A stretch of 64,000 nt of DNA from Candidatus Aminicenantes bacterium (GTDB taxonomy: Bacteria > Acidobacteriota > Aminicenantia > Aminicenantales > Aminicenantaceae), in assembly GCA_011042725.1 (NCBI GenBank), contig DQWD01000234.1, forward strand, positions 2,492 through 66,491. Reading direction: 5' to 3'. Positions 14,651-24,099 of this stretch are shown here, one piece after another; the stretch's first letter is position 1, and each line of letters starts with the position of its first letter. The notes under the pieces were generated by a model. That model had not been told where the DNA came from. It saw only the letters and a program-made list of their open reading frames with translations, and ran no database searches. The position numbers and the translations under genes were made by a program.

Positions 14651-15325
14651 TTATGGTTTTTTAGTGGCTAGATAGGCGATGTGAGGATAAGGATAACCCT
14701 GGTCTAAGGGGATAATATTGGTTTTAAAACCAACCTGGGTTAAGAGCTGAGTTATTTCCCTTTGCGAACGAAAATAAAAGTGACTTCCTAGAGTAAACCC
14801 GATGAGTTTTACGGCTAGCGTTTCCTGGACTAGATTCCAGAGATATTTCCATCGGGGCCGGGTATCCATTTCTTTAAGAATAAAAACTCCATCAGGGGAT
14901 AAACATTCATAAATTTTCTGAAACAAGTTAAGATGTTCAGAATAAGGGATGAGATAAAGAACATCAATTAGAGCAACCGCCTCAACGGGTGGATAATTAT
15001 CAGTAATGATGTTTTTGTGAAAAAAAGATAAACTCTCCAGGTTTCCCATGAGCCTTTTCGCGGCTTCTATTTTTTTCTCATCTAGATCAAAGCCGATAAT
15101 TTTTCTCGGGGAAGACCCAAAATGAAGGATCAAGGCAAACAGGCCTTGGCCGCATCCTAAATCCAGAATTACTCCCTCTTGAGGGAAAAGAGGTTCAAGA
15201 TCTATTAAGGGACATATTCTCAGTTTAATGTTTTGATAAAGGCGGTTGGGCCAAGGTTGGTGGCGATAAAATTGGATGACTTTTTCTTGTATTTTTTGGC
15301 GTTGATGAGGTTCTAGTGTTTTCAT
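14651..15325 (-). CDS. Class I SAM-dependent methyltransferase
   Basis: 224-aa ORF with the motif I sequence ILDLGCGQGLF. Its ATG overlaps the asnB stop by 1 nt (15325). Confidence 0.75.
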   Translation of the reverse strand: MKTLEPHQRQKIQEKVIQFYRHQPWPNRLYQNIKLRICPLIDLEPLFPQEGVILDLGCGQGLFALILHFGSSPRKIIGFDLDEKKIEAAKRLMGNLESLSFFHKNIITDNYPPVEAVALIDVLYLIPYSEHLNLFQKIYECLSPDGVFILKEMDTRPRWKYLWNLVQETLAVKLIGFTLGSHFYFRSQREITQLLTQVGFKTNIIPLDQGYPYPHIAYLATKKP

Positions 15326-17208
15326 TAATCCAGATAAAAGTTATACCAGAATTGAAATATTATTAAGGGCCAAAGGAGTTGGCGGTGATTATGTTTTCCC
15401 TCAAAGTGTTCATTTAGAATCTGGGTAATGAATTTCTGATTAAAAAAGCCATGTTTCTGGAGAGCCTCAGGAGATAGGATTTCCTGGACAAAGTCTTTCA
15501 ATTCATTTTTTATCCATACTCCTAAGGGAATATCAAATCCTATTTTTCGCCGCGACAATATTTCGCGAGGAAGATATGGTTCCATAGCTTTTTTCAAGAT
15601 GTATTTTGTGGTTAAACCTTTCAACTTTAGGGGAGAAGGAATTTGGTGGGCGAATTCGACAACCTCGTGGTCGAGGAAAGGAACTCGAATTTCCAAAGAA
15701 TTAGCCATGCTCATCCTATCCACTTTGACCAACAGATCGTCTTGAAGGTAAAGTTTTAAATCTAGGTAGGTAATGCAGGTGAGCTCATCTTTGGCAGGGC
15801 AATGGCTCAGATGGTAATAGATGGGAGAGTAAGGATTTTCTTCAGGGGTCAAGGCAGGGGAAAAAAGATTTTTTCTGATTTCAGGGTGGTAAGCTCCCCA
15901 CCAGATGTAATTGGCTACTTCGGGAGGATAATCAATGCCACTAATAAACTTTTTGGCTTTAAACTCAAAACTTAGTCTATTTGGAGAAGCGGGCAAGATA
16001 GAGACAATGTTTTTTATGATTTTGTTGCGGATAAGAGAAGGTAAGCGACGGAAGTATTTAGCAATTTTATAAGCTTTGTAAGTATCATAGCCGGCAAATA
16101 ACTCATCTCCTCCATCGCCAGCCAAGGCCACAGTTACGAACTGGCGAGCTAATCGGGAAATGATAAAGGTAGGAATGATAGAAGCATCAGCTAATGGTTC
16201 ATCAAGAAACTTAATTAATTGGGGGACAAGTTCTTTGACTTGCTCCGAATGAACAATGAATTCATGATGGTCAGTTTTGTATTTTTCGGCCACCAAGCGA
16301 GCATACTGAAGTTCGTTGAAACTTTCTTCTACAAAACCAATGGAGAAGGTTTTTATGGGTTCAGGGACAATCTGAGTCATCAAGGCAGTAACCGAGCTGG
16401 AATCAATTCCCCCGCTTAAGAAAACACCTAGCGGAACATCGCTAACCAGTCTTTTTCTAACGGACTCTTGGAGATTAGCTTGGAGAGCAGCAATTATTTT
16501 GGTTTGATCGGACAAGGAAAATGATTTTTTCTCGTTCGAGATGTCCCAGTATTTTTCAATTTTCCATTCCTCATTATGGGCAACTAACCGATGGCCAGGA
16601 AGAAGTTTGAATAAATTTTTAAAGATTGTTCGTGGGGCAGGAATGTATTCAAAGGCAAAATATTGATGAAGAGCATTGATGTCGATTTCCCGGGGAAAGT
16701 CACTCTGAAGAATGGCTTTAATTTCCGAGGCAAAATAAAGGTGTCTTTTATGGAAAGCATAATGAAGGGGTTTGATCCCTAATCTGTCCCGGACAAGAAG
16801 AAATAGTTTTCTAGCTTTGTCCCAAAGCGCCATAGCAAACATGCCGTTTAAGGCTTCGACAAAATCCACTCCCATCTCCTCATAAAGATGCACGAGCACT
16901 TCTGTGTCTGATCTGGTTTGAAAATTATGGCCTTTTTTTATCAGACTATTCCTTATTTCCCGGTAATTATAAATTTCCCCATTGAAAATTACCCAGACAG
17001 TTTGAGTTTCGTTGGATAGAGGTTGGTGCCCTGTCTTCAAGTCGATGATACTAAGTCTTTTCATGGCCAAGGCAACTTGGTCGTCTAAATAGTAACCCTC
17101 ATCGTCTGGTCCTCGATGATGGAGGGACTGGTTCATGGCCCTTAGTTCTTTTTCAGGCGGCGAAGAGAAGGGAAGAGAGAAGCTATAAATACCGCATATT
17201 CCACACAT
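15325..17208 (-). CDS. asnB: Asparagine synthase (glutamine-hydrolysing) family amidotransferase
   Basis: 627-aa ORF. N-terminal nucleophile MCGICGIY (Ntn GATase) and PP-loop FLSGGIDSSS. It is the first gene of a glycan operon, so it may amidate a sugar acid rather than make Asn. Confidence 0.88.
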   Translation of the reverse strand: MCGICGIYSFSLPFSSPPEKELRAMNQSLHHRGPDDEGYYLDDQVALAMKRLSIIDLKTGHQPLSNETQTVWVIFNGEIYNYREIRNSLIKKGHNFQTRSDTEVLVHLYEEMGVDFVEALNGMFAMALWDKARKLFLLVRDRLGIKPLHYAFHKRHLYFASEIKAILQSDFPREIDINALHQYFAFEYIPAPRTIFKNLFKLLPGHRLVAHNEEWKIEKYWDISNEKKSFSLSDQTKIIAALQANLQESVRKRLVSDVPLGVFLSGGIDSSSVTALMTQIVPEPIKTFSIGFVEESFNELQYARLVAEKYKTDHHEFIVHSEQVKELVPQLIKFLDEPLADASIIPTFIISRLARQFVTVALAGDGGDELFAGYDTYKAYKIAKYFRRLPSLIRNKIIKNIVSILPASPNRLSFEFKAKKFISGIDYPPEVANYIWWGAYHPEIRKNLFSPALTPEENPYSPIYYHLSHCPAKDELTCITYLDLKLYLQDDLLVKVDRMSMANSLEIRVPFLDHEVVEFAHQIPSPLKLKGLTTKYILKKAMEPYLPREILSRRKIGFDIPLGVWIKNELKDFVQEILSPEALQKHGFFNQKFITQILNEHFEGKHNHRQLLWPLIIFQFWYNFYLD

Positions 17209-17515
17209 TTTTAGAAATCCGTCTCTAATTTTAATGTAAATAGAGAAGTAATTCTAATCGAATTCCTCATTAATTAAAACCAGGCGAACTTTTTGTCCTC
17301 AATATGTTCAAGTTATCTCCAAAAATAATGCTAAAAATAATGGATAGGCAGCCAGTTAGAAATCGAGAAAAATAGAGATACATTTATGGGTAACAACCTT
17401 TTTTCATTTTTGGGAATGAGGATATGTTCTTTCCAGGTAGTGGCCATTTCAGAGTTTCCGGGGAAAAAAGTCGCTGTAGTGGGCGTGCTGATTTATGGCT
17501 TATCCCCTTTTCTTA

Positions 17516-17524
17516 TGATATAAT
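17516..17524 (+). promoter_or_regulatory. Candidate extended -10 promoter element for the B12-rSAM operon
   Basis: TGATATAAT (TGn + TATAAT) at 17516-17524, about 50 nt upstream of ATG 17574. The -35 region is weak (TGGCTT). Confidence 0.3.
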
Positions 17525-17573
17525 CCAAAACCTATTAGGGAGAGACTGAGGAAAGAAAAACTAGGATACAGAA

Positions 17574-18953
17574 ATGAAAGTTTTATTGCTAAACCCTCCT
17601 GGGGATCAATTGTACATAAGAGATTATTATTGCAGTTTTGCTTCCAAGGCTGATTATTATTGGCCACCCCAAGATCTCCTTGTTCTCAGTGGGATTCTAT
17701 TTTCTGAATTTGAAGTCATTGTCTTGGATAGTATTATCCGGAGGTTAAAGGAAGCCCAAGTTGCTGAATTTGTGGAAACCAAAAAACCGGAAGTTATTAT
17801 TTATACCACGGGCACAGCTACCCTCAAGAGTGACTTGGAATTGATGTCCAAACTCAAAAAAAGGAACAAGCAGTTGCTTATAATTGCTAGTGCCGGAATT
17901 ATGAAATTTATCGGTCAAGAATATCTGGAAAACCATCCTTTTGTCGATGCTGTTTTAACTGATTTTACTGAATTGGATATTAAGGAATTTTTAAATCAAC
18001 CAGGTAATGGGAAACAATATCGAGGAGTGATGTATCGTCATAACCAGGAAATAGTCAAGAACGTGGAAGATAACTCTAGAGACTTTTCGGTGCCCATTCC
18101 CCGTCACGAATTGTTTGACCCGCACTTATATCGTCTGCCAATTGCCGAAAGAATGCCCATTGCCGAAGTCATTACCTCCCTCGGCTGCCCTTATCATTGT
18201 GCTTTTTGTACTGCTGGGGCTTATGGATATAAGACAAGGGACATTGAAGGAGTAATTGAAGAGCTAAAATATTTATCCTCGTTGGGGGTAAAAGAAATCC
18301 TCTTTCAGGACCCAACTTTTACGATTAATACTAAAAGAGTGACGACCCTCTGTCATTTGATGCAAAAAGAAGGGCTGGACTTTACTTGGAGTTGTAACGC
18401 CGATATAAAATCAATGAATGAAGAAAAAATTAAAGCAATGAAGGCTGCGGGCTGTCATACGGTATCAGTGGGAATTGAAAGTGGCAGTGATGAAATCCTG
18501 CAAAAATATGCCAAGATGATAACTGTTGAGGATATTAGAGAGAAGGTCAGGTTAATTCGAGAATATGGCGTTCGTGTTTTAGGTTACTTTATCATTGGCC
18601 TTCCCGGAGAAGACAGACAATCTATCCTCAAGACAATTGCCTTGGCTAAAAAATTAGATTTGGATTTTGCTTCTTTTACCGTAGCTACTCCTGATGTGGG
18701 AACTAGACTAAGACAAGAAGCTCTAGCTAAGGGATGGATTGCGCCTGATGTGGATGTTTTTGACAGCACAGGTTTTCCAATTATTAAGACTGAGAACTTA
18801 ACTCCAGAGGAAGTTTGGGCTTTAAGGAGAAAAGCCGTTAGAAGCTTTTATTTTCGACCGGCCTATATATGGCGCCGGTTAAAATCATTAAGGAAATGGA
18901 AGGATGTGCAGCTAGCGGTAACCAATGCCTTAAATCTTTGGCGCAAATCATGA
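17574..18953 (+). CDS. B12-binding-domain (class B) radical SAM protein, HpnJ-like architecture
   Basis: 459-aa ORF. N-terminal Rossmann-like B12-binding region (MKVLLLNPP...VIIYTTG) and a radical SAM cluster motif SLGCPYHCAFCTAG. Its stop overlaps the next gene's start (ATGA at 18950-18953). Confidence 0.85.
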   Translation: MKVLLLNPPGDQLYIRDYYCSFASKADYYWPPQDLLVLSGILFSEFEVIVLDSIIRRLKEAQVAEFVETKKPEVIIYTTGTATLKSDLELMSKLKKRNKQLLIIASAGIMKFIGQEYLENHPFVDAVLTDFTELDIKEFLNQPGNGKQYRGVMYRHNQEIVKNVEDNSRDFSVPIPRHELFDPHLYRLPIAERMPIAEVITSLGCPYHCAFCTAGAYGYKTRDIEGVIEELKYLSSLGVKEILFQDPTFTINTKRVTTLCHLMQKEGLDFTWSCNADIKSMNEEKIKAMKAAGCHTVSVGIESGSDEILQKYAKMITVEDIREKVRLIREYGVRVLGYFIIGLPGEDRQSILKTIALAKKLDLDFASFTVATPDVGTRLRQEALAKGWIAPDVDVFDSTGFPIIKTENLTPEEVWALRRKAVRSFYFRPAYIWRRLKSLRKWKDVQLAVTNALNLWRKS

Positions 18954-19798
18954 AAAGAGTAATTGTGAATGCTGATGATTTTGGGTTGAGTAAGGGGATA
19001 AATGAGGGAATAATTAAAGCTCATCGCGAGGGAATTCTTACCAGTGCGACATTAATGGTTAACATGCCCGGTTTTGCTAATGCCATCGAAGAAGCGGCAA
19101 AGTATCCATCATTAGGCGTGGGAATTCATCTTAATGTCATCCGGGGAAAACCCGTTTTACCCCCCGAAGATATTCCTAGCTTGGTCAATAAAAAGGGATT
19201 CTTCTGGGGTAATGTTTTTCTGGTTATCCAAAGAGTGTGGGCGAGGAAAATTAAGATTAATGAAATCATTAGGGAATTTAGAGCCCAAATTGAAAAAGCG
19301 CAGCAAGCTGGATTAGCTTTAACCCATGCTGATAGCGAAAAACATTTTCATTGTTTTTATCCTGTTTTACAAAAGTTACTTCCCATGTTAAAAGATTGTG
19401 GATTGCCTAGAATCCGCTATATAAATCAAATTTGTAGTTTGAAGTCTCCAAAAATGTTTGTTCTTTCCTGGGTTGTTAATTGGGCGTGGAGGCGCTGTCG
19501 TTCCCAAGCTCAGCAACTTAAATTTCGGTTAACGGATAATTTTTTCGGCTTGTGTACAACGGGACGGATGTCCCGCTCAAATTTAATTGCCATTTTGAAA
19601 AATCTTCCTCCTGGGACTTCCGAGATAATGGTTCATCCAGGATATATTACTCCGGAAGAGATGGCGGTAACTAAAGAAACGGGAGATTATCGTCTTTGGC
19701 AAGAGAGGGAGATGGAATTAGAAGCTTTACTGGATCCCGAGTTGCCAAAAATTTTAAAGAGCAATAAGATTGAATTAATAAATTTTGGGCAGGTTTAG
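18950..19798 (+). CDS. YdjC/ChbG/HpnK-family carbohydrate deacetylase
   Basis: ORF 18869..19798. I prefer ATG 18950 (MKRVIVNADDFGLSKGINEGIIKAHREGILTSATLMVNMP), which is the typical YdjC N-terminus. Confidence 0.85.
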   Translation: MKRVIVNADDFGLSKGINEGIIKAHREGILTSATLMVNMPGFANAIEEAAKYPSLGVGIHLNVIRGKPVLPPEDIPSLVNKKGFFWGNVFLVIQRVWARKIKINEIIREFRAQIEKAQQAGLALTHADSEKHFHCFYPVLQKLLPMLKDCGLPRIRYINQICSLKSPKMFVLSWVVNWAWRRCRSQAQQLKFRLTDNFFGLCTTGRMSRSNLIAILKNLPPGTSEIMVHPGYITPEEMAVTKETGDYRLWQEREMELEALLDPELPKILKSNKIELINFGQV

Positions 19799-19799
19799 A

Positions 19800-20804
19800 A
19801 TGAAGCAAGAGAAAAATTCCCCAAGGAATCTTCAAATTTCGATAGTCGTACCTTTTTTTAACGAAGAAGCTAATATCAAAGAATTATATCAGCGGTTAAA
19901 AAGGGTGTTAGATCGATTGCAGTTAGCCTATGAATTGATTTTTGTTGATGATGGCAGTACTGATCGGACCCCGACAATTCTCCACCAGCTCTATGAAAAT
20001 GATGAACGAGTTAAGATTATTCGTTTAAGAAAAAATTTTGGGCAAACGGCTGCTTTGCAAGCCGGCTTTGATTATGCTCGAGGCGAGATTATAATCTCTA
20101 TGGATGGTGATCTTCAACATGACCCGGAAGATATTCCTCGCTTCTTGGCTAAAATGGAGGAAGGATATGATGTGGTTAGTGGTTGGAGAAAGAAACGGGT
20201 GGATAATCTTTGGTTGAGAAGAATTCCGTCCTTAGTGGCTAATCGGATCATGAAATGGCTGTCCGGAGTAGAAATACATGATTTTGGCACAACGTTTAAG
20301 GCTTACAAGAAAGAAGTTATCAAGGGAATTCATCTGTATGGAGAGCTTCATCGTTTTATCCCTGCTCTCACCAGTCGCGCCGGAGTGAAAATAACAGAGA
20401 TTCCTATTAAGAATGTCGTTCGCCAAAAAGGAAAGTCAAAATATGGCCTTTCCCGCGTGCGAAGGGTATTTTTTGATTTGATAACGGTTAAATTCATAAT
20501 CAGTTTTATTGACCGACCTCTCCAAGTATTTGGCTTAATCGGGGTGATATTTGGAGGCCTGGGTTTTATTGTTGCCTTGGTGTTGACTATCGGCTTTTAT
20601 TTTTTGGGATGGTCCATTCGTGAGAATCTAGGCAACTTGATTTTTAGTGTCTTTTTAATGATGATGGGCCTTCAATTTATAATGACTGGATTGGTGGCTG
20701 AAATTCTCTCGCGAGTGTATTTTGCCACCCACAAGGTTAAGATTTATTCGGTGGAAAAAATCTTGTCAAGGGAAGCTTCCTTGCCGGAATCAGAGGAAGA
20801 TTAG
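19800..20804 (+). CDS. Polyprenyl-phosphate glycosyltransferase, GT2 (GtrB/ArnC/LgmA-like, two C-terminal TM helices)
   Basis: ORF 19785..20804, with ATG at 19800. Motifs ISIVVPFFNEEANI, FVDDGSTDRT and SMDGDLQHDP. It has C-terminal hydrophobic helices. Paralog of 28707..29687. Confidence 0.85.
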   Translation: MKQEKNSPRNLQISIVVPFFNEEANIKELYQRLKRVLDRLQLAYELIFVDDGSTDRTPTILHQLYENDERVKIIRLRKNFGQTAALQAGFDYARGEIIISMDGDLQHDPEDIPRFLAKMEEGYDVVSGWRKKRVDNLWLRRIPSLVANRIMKWLSGVEIHDFGTTFKAYKKEVIKGIHLYGELHRFIPALTSRAGVKITEIPIKNVVRQKGKSKYGLSRVRRVFFDLITVKFIISFIDRPLQVFGLIGVIFGGLGFIVALVLTIGFYFLGWSIRENLGNLIFSVFLMMMGLQFIMTGLVAEILSRVYFATHKVKIYSVEKILSREASLPESEED

Positions 20805-20815
20805 GCAGTCAAGAA

Positions 20816-22930
20816 ATGGGCTCTTTGGGCAATTGGTGGCTATCCAAAGGTGAACGGGTGGCCATGACAGTTTTTTTGGGCTTATTGATAGTTTTTGTTA
20901 TTTTTTATTTTAGCCGCCATTTAGCTGATCTTTCTTTGTGGATGGATGAGGGCTTTCATACTATCGCCACTCAAGAGATTTTGGCTCATGGTTATCCCCT
21001 TTTTCCCTCCGGGCATATTTACTATAAGGCCATCCTTTATACTTACTTATTGTCTTTGTTTTCCTTGTTATTTGGTTTTAATTCTTTTACTTTGCGTCTG
21101 GTTAGTGTTTTAGCGACAGCGGCAGCTATTCCTTTTATTTTTGCTTTCACGCGTAAGTTATTCAATAAAATTATAGCTGTTGGCTGTGTTGTTTTATTTG
21201 TCTTTTCTCTGTGGGTAGTGGAGAATGCTCGCTTGGCGCTTTATTTTAGCCCCCTCCTTTTTATTTGTATTGTTGGTTACTATTTCTTTTACCTGGGCTT
21301 TTTTGAAGAAAAAACAAAGTATAAGATTTTGACTACTGTGGTTTTTCTCTTGGCTCCTTTGGTTCACCAGTTGGGAATGAGCCTCTGGTTTTCGTTTTTA
21401 GCCTTGTTTTTTATAAGAGGCGCGGGGCGATTTTTTAAGAAAGATGTGCTTTTAAGCTTTGCCTCGATAAGCTTGTTTTATTTTTTAATTCAACTTCATG
21501 AGTTTTTCTTCTGGAAAGTGGGCTATGTCTACGAAAAAACTGAATTAAGCTTCCAGGGGATGATGGATTATTTTTTTTCGGGATTTTCTCTAGGCTATTT
21601 TAAAGAGCTTTTTCGGAGTTTTCCCGCGATGAGCTTGTTTGTTTTAGGGGGAACTTTTATTGCTTTGGTTAAATTTATTCCTCGCCCCTCTCCAGAAAAT
21701 CGTGGACATTTTTCCAGGTTTAATAATAATTGGTTGTTTGTCGCCTTATGTCTTTTTTTTCCCCTTATCTTTCTTGGATTTTTCCGTACCCATGTTCAAC
21801 CTCGTTATCTTTATCAACTGTATCCTCTCTTTCTTATTCTTTTTGTGGTTACTGTTTATGTTCTTAGTCAAGCAGTTGCCCAGCTGATGACCTTTTCGTT
21901 TAGTCTTAAAAATCCTCTCTTTCAAAAAATGATCTTGGGGCTTGTCTTTATTTTTTCCCTTTGGATGTTTAGTGATCAGGTGAGTCTGGCTGGAGTAAAG
22001 CGAGTTGTCAATCGCTATTATAACGATCCCATCCCCACCGACACCATAACTCGATCAGGTCGGTTTGAACATTATGACCATCAAGGTGTTGGAGAATTCG
22101 TTAAGCATCATCTTCAACCGGATGATATTGTGGTGGCTATCCATGTTGTTTTCCAGTATATCTATGTGGGACGAGTGGACTACTGGCTCTGGTCTGGAGG
22201 GCCCGGGACTTGGGATGCGTGGGAAAAGACTCCAGAAGGCTGGAAAGATTTTTATGTCGGGGCTAGATGGATTAATAATCTTCAGGATTTAAAATCTTTG
22301 ATTGAGAACAATTCAGGGCGAAGGATTTGGATTATTACTTCTCCTTCTCTTTATCGCCTTGACCACATAAACCACGAAATTAGAAAGTTTATTCAGCAGG
22401 ATCCTCGGAAATTGGTTTTTTTGGGAAAGGATGGTTTATCGGGAGTGTATTTATGGTCTGACACCCAAAGTGAGTTGACTCAAGATTATCATTCTATCGA
22501 GGGGGAATGGATTCCCTTGCGGGAAGGCAAGATAGTTTATTCCCCTTTAGCTTCCAAAAGGGCAGAGCTTTTTCTTTCTCGCCAGAGAAATAAAAGGAGG
22601 ATTTTTAAGTACCAGCTACCCTATGATCTGCCTCCAGGGAGATATCAAGTAGTCGTAAAATACAAAATTTCGGAGGCGGAAAGGGAACCCTGGCTTGGTC
22701 TTTCTATCCGAACTAAAACTCGGAGAGCTGTTGCTGAGCACCGATTTTATTTACATCCTTCCTCTGCAGCTAATAATTATTCTAAGGTAACAGGATCGTT
22801 TCGCTTAGATAGCCAAGCTAAGTTAGATTTTCTTTTTCTCCAAGAGGCAGGATACTCTTTGACTATTGATTGGATTAATATTATTGATGAACAAAAGGGG
22901 CACGTTTGGTCCCCTTACTTGACTTTTTAG
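20816..22930 (+). CDS. ArnT/PMT-type GT-C glycosyltransferase (second copy) with C-terminal soluble domain
   Basis: 704-aa ORF that is polytopic over the first ~390 aa. Loop motif LSLWMDEGFHTIATQEIL (the DE motif of GT-C). The C-terminal ~310 aa are non-membrane. Confidence 0.75.
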   Translation: MGSLGNWWLSKGERVAMTVFLGLLIVFVIFYFSRHLADLSLWMDEGFHTIATQEILAHGYPLFPSGHIYYKAILYTYLLSLFSLLFGFNSFTLRLVSVLATAAAIPFIFAFTRKLFNKIIAVGCVVLFVFSLWVVENARLALYFSPLLFICIVGYYFFYLGFFEEKTKYKILTTVVFLLAPLVHQLGMSLWFSFLALFFIRGAGRFFKKDVLLSFASISLFYFLIQLHEFFFWKVGYVYEKTELSFQGMMDYFFSGFSLGYFKELFRSFPAMSLFVLGGTFIALVKFIPRPSPENRGHFSRFNNNWLFVALCLFFPLIFLGFFRTHVQPRYLYQLYPLFLILFVVTVYVLSQAVAQLMTFSFSLKNPLFQKMILGLVFIFSLWMFSDQVSLAGVKRVVNRYYNDPIPTDTITRSGRFEHYDHQGVGEFVKHHLQPDDIVVAIHVVFQYIYVGRVDYWLWSGGPGTWDAWEKTPEGWKDFYVGARWINNLQDLKSLIENNSGRRIWIITSPSLYRLDHINHEIRKFIQQDPRKLVFLGKDGLSGVYLWSDTQSELTQDYHSIEGEWIPLREGKIVYSPLASKRAELFLSRQRNKRRIFKYQLPYDLPPGRYQVVVKYKISEAEREPWLGLSIRTKTRRAVAEHRFYLHPSSAANNYSKVTGSFRLDSQAKLDFLFLQEAGYSLTIDWINIIDEQKGHVWSPYLTF

Positions 22931-22960
22931 ATTAATTGAGAAGAGTTTTTGGTGTCGAGA

Positions 22961-23728
22961 ATGCCCCAAGATTTCAAAGGTAGCTTGCAAAAAGAATTAT
23001 TGGATCAGCGAAAATCTTCTTCTTCTAAATATCGTCTTATCTTTATTGGTCAAAAGAATTTGCTCTATTTAGTTAAATATGAACTTATTATGATGGCTAT
23101 CTCTTGGATCCCGGGAGCATTGGGATTTTTCTTGAGGAAGATTTTTTATCCTCGATTATTAAACAAAGTCGGCCGCGGAGTAGTTTTTGGGAGAAACATC
23201 ACCATTCGCCATCCCCACAAGATAGTCATTGGTGACCATGCTTTTATCGATGATAATGTTGTTCTTGATGCTAAAGGCGAGGATAACGAGGGGATTATCA
23301 TTGGTAATAATGTCTATATTGGGCGCAATACGATTATCAGTTGTAAAGAGGGCTCAATTTTTATTGATGATTATTGTAATATTTCCGCTAACTGTTCTTT
23401 GCTTTCGGAAACAAAATTGGGGTTGGGTAAATATTGCTTTTTGGCGGGACATTGCTATCTTGTGGCCGGGGGAAATCATAGTTTTGATCGCCGCGATGTA
23501 CCCATCATGTTTCAACCTTCTTTATCACGGGGGGGGATTAAAATTGAAGATGATGTGTGGTTGGGGGCAGGAGTGATTGTTTTGGACGGAGTGGAGATTC
23601 AGCGGGGGTGTGTGGTGGGAGCAGGTTCGGTGGTTATCGATTCTTTGCCTGAGTTTTCGATAGCTGTCGGTACCCCGGCCAAAAAGATTAAATTAAGAGG
23701 CAACGAAGTTCATTCAAAAAAAGGGTAA
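22961..23728 (+). CDS. Left-handed beta-helix (hexapeptide repeat) acyl/acetyltransferase
   Basis: ORF 22949..23728 (TTG); an ATG lies at 22961. Hexapeptide repeats are present (IGDHAFIDDNVVLDA, IGNNVYIGRNTII, IEDDVWLGAGVIVLDGVEIQRGCVVGAGSVV). Confidence 0.8.
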   Translation: MPQDFKGSLQKELLDQRKSSSSKYRLIFIGQKNLLYLVKYELIMMAISWIPGALGFFLRKIFYPRLLNKVGRGVVFGRNITIRHPHKIVIGDHAFIDDNVVLDAKGEDNEGIIIGNNVYIGRNTIISCKEGSIFIDDYCNISANCSLLSETKLGLGKYCFLAGHCYLVAGGNHSFDRRDVPIMFQPSLSRGGIKIEDDVWLGAGVIVLDGVEIQRGCVVGAGSVVIDSLPEFSIAVGTPAKKIKLRGNEVHSKKG

Positions 23729-24099
23729 CCGTATCCTTGATAAATTTAATGTTATATTAGGGATTTTAATCTTCACTCTTTCCATGTTTGAGATTTAAAG
23801 TAAAAACCACCTCCGTATCCAATAGATAAGGGAGCCTTCTTCTTTTCTGGGAAGCTCTCCCTAAAACTGTGATAGTCTGGATTAATATCCTTTGGCTTGA
23901 ATTATAAAGGAAAAACGATGACCGGTACTATATTAGTCGATTGTCTTGATAATGCTTCAATCCAAAATAAGATGTCAGGCACCGTTTTTCCATCGTGGTT
24001 TTGGGGATGTTAACTCTTTTCTTTGGAAAATTGACTTTAAACTTAGGAAGAATTAAGATGGATTCCTTCTTGAAACAATAGGGTTAAGAAGCTTTGACC

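Noticed and set aside
17386-17529. 47-aa ORF (MGNNLFSFLGMRICSFQVVAISEFPGKKVAVVGVLIYGLSPFLMI) in the divergent gap between asnB and the B12 radical SAM gene. I considered it as a RiPP precursor, given the neighbouring rSAM, AsnB-like and methyltransferase genes.
   Set aside because: It has no Shine-Dalgarno sequence, and it overlaps the best promoter candidate (TGATATAAT at 17516-17524). It has a hydrophobic low-complexity composition with no leader/core organisation. All surrounding enzymes fit glycan rather than peptide chemistry.
17574-20804. Reading the rSAM-YdjC-GT2 trio as a bona fide hopanoid hpnJ-hpnK-hpnI cluster.
   Set aside because: No squalene-hopene cyclase, hpnH or other hopanoid gene is present in 64 kb. 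The GT2 has the GtrB/ArnC polyprenyl-phosphate architecture, and a GT-C transferase follows directly. A lipid-carrier pathway is the better fit. This needs a genome-wide check.
23830-23861. Hairpin downstream of the acyltransferase gene, considered as an intrinsic terminator.
   Set aside because: The stem is interrupted, and it is followed by TAAAACTG rather than a U-tract. It also lies ~100 nt past the stop codon.
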